Shown in pieces: positions 62,942 through 64,000 of a DNA stretch of 64,000 nucleotides. A program made the position numbers and the translations under genes. The stretch is from contig JBHGNT010000015.1 in the NCBI GenBank assembly GCA_043228905.1, positions 13,144,001-13,208,000 on the forward strand, read 5' to 3'. The notes under the pieces were generated by a model. The model did no database searches. It saw only the letters and a program-made list of their open reading frames with translations, and had not been told where the DNA came from. The stretch comes from Azolla caroliniana (Eukaryota; Plantae; Polypodiophyta). Numbering within the stretch: position 1 is the first letter of the stretch; every line of letters begins with the position of its first letter.

Positions 62942-64000
62942 CTTCTGTGTTATCGTCGCTCTGATACCACTTTGTAAAGAATTGACGCTATCAAATCTTT
63001 CGCCTCTCGGCCACAACCGAGACAACACGGATCAATGCAGCAGAAAAATAAAAACAAAGACACAGAGAGATGAATACACAGGGTATAACGTGGAAAACCC
63101 TAAACGGGAAAAACCACGGGAGTGCTCGACTCCAACTACCACTATACACTGGAACATACAATGGCGAGCTGCAAGGCGACGACCTTGAGCTCGCTGTCCT
63201 CGCCACAGGCGGCGGTATTACACAGAGGCGTCGACCTCTTCGTTTCTCTCTCTCTCTCTCTCTCTCGGCTGCTCTCACTTCGCTCCCTCTAAGTGGAAAA
63301 ACAGAAAATGAGCAACAACAGTAAAACTGTTTGCCCTAAGTCATATTTATACGCATATGACTTTCGGGCTATTTACAAATATAGCCTCAAGGGCCCTTGG
63401 CAAACATATTCACAAATATGTCCCCGCATCCGGATCTCGCTCACCGGGTACATTCGTCATCCGGCTCCGTAGCCGGGGTCTTCAGCATCCGGCTCCGTAG
63501 CCGGGGTCTTCAGCATCCGGCTCCGTAACCGGGGTCTTCAGCATCCGGCTCCGTAACCGGGGTCTTCATCATCCTACGGTTCCGTAACAGCCTCCGGGCT
63601 TGCCGTCATTCATCTCCGGACATCCCATCCGGAGGGACCGAAATTCCAACAGTTCCCACTCCGATTCTGATCTACTACGACAATATTAGTAGCATGTAGC
63701 TGACCAAAGACCCTATTTTCCATGCTCGCACAAAGCTAATAGAAGTGCATTATCATTTTGTGTGCGAGCGAGTCTTGAGCGGTGAAGTCGAACTCAGATA
63801 TGTTCGAATCGATCAACAAATTGCTGACATCTTCACCAAGGCGCTCAAATCAAATAAGTTGCAATATTTTTCGGAGATGCTTGAGTTACAACATCTTGAC
63901 GTGCCACACTTGAGGGGGAGAATAGGTGGAGGAGAGCAACAGGAGGAAGCCGAATCGATTAAAGAAGTCAACGCATCCGGAAGAGCCAGAACATGTGACA

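Larger units (their letters stand above)
58176..63651 (-). mobile_element. Intact Tnt1/Tork-like Ty1/copia (Copia-5)
   Basis: 679-bp LTRs at 58176-58854 and 62973-63651, apparently identical; TSD GTTCC; PBS at 62958-62969; PPT at 58855-58864. Confidence 0.97.
56451..64000 (+). mobile_element. Internally deleted Ty1/copia (Copia-4), interrupted by Copia-5; runs past the window end
   Basis: 5' LTR at 56451-56829, PBS TGGTATTAGAGC and Gag SLPTEKLDQSNFASW. Gag jumps to late RT near 57635-57700, and RNase H resumes after 63651. Confidence 0.88.

Noticed and set aside
62942-63028. Extra 29 N-terminal residues in the 1387-aa ORF call
   Set aside because: They run through the LTR and PBS from a non-ATG start; the likely start is the ATG at 62941.

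Overview
Nuclear DNA of a land plant; a fern or lycophyte is my guess from TE and gene style, not shown directly. There are three host genes, all on the minus strand: the 5' exons of an unidentified gene (1242-2678), an intronless thylakoid-lumen PsbP-fold TL19-like gene (10817-11653), and a 4-exon plastid GNAT10-like acetyltransferase (41194-44325). Most of the rest is nested transposons. A degenerate Copia (12324-22798) hosts a young chromodomain Ty3/gypsy (14528-20434) whose Gag has no in-frame AUG and whose leader carries a 4 x 83-bp array. A four-level nest (LTR remnant > solo LTR > Copia > L1) lies at 22.9-30.4 kb. Three related Copia copies have a PPT-like motif right after pol, and Pol reads on into a charged tail. 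An 8.6-kb Mutator-like element (44419-53054, 9-bp TSD) sits 94 bp upstream of the GNAT start. It carries an H2C2-fused transposase, a Ulp1-like gene with Cys-to-Ser at the active site, motif arrays and a nested foldback MITE. An apparently intact Tnt1-like Copia with apparently identical LTRs spans 58176-63651. All boundaries and family calls were read by eye; no searches were run.
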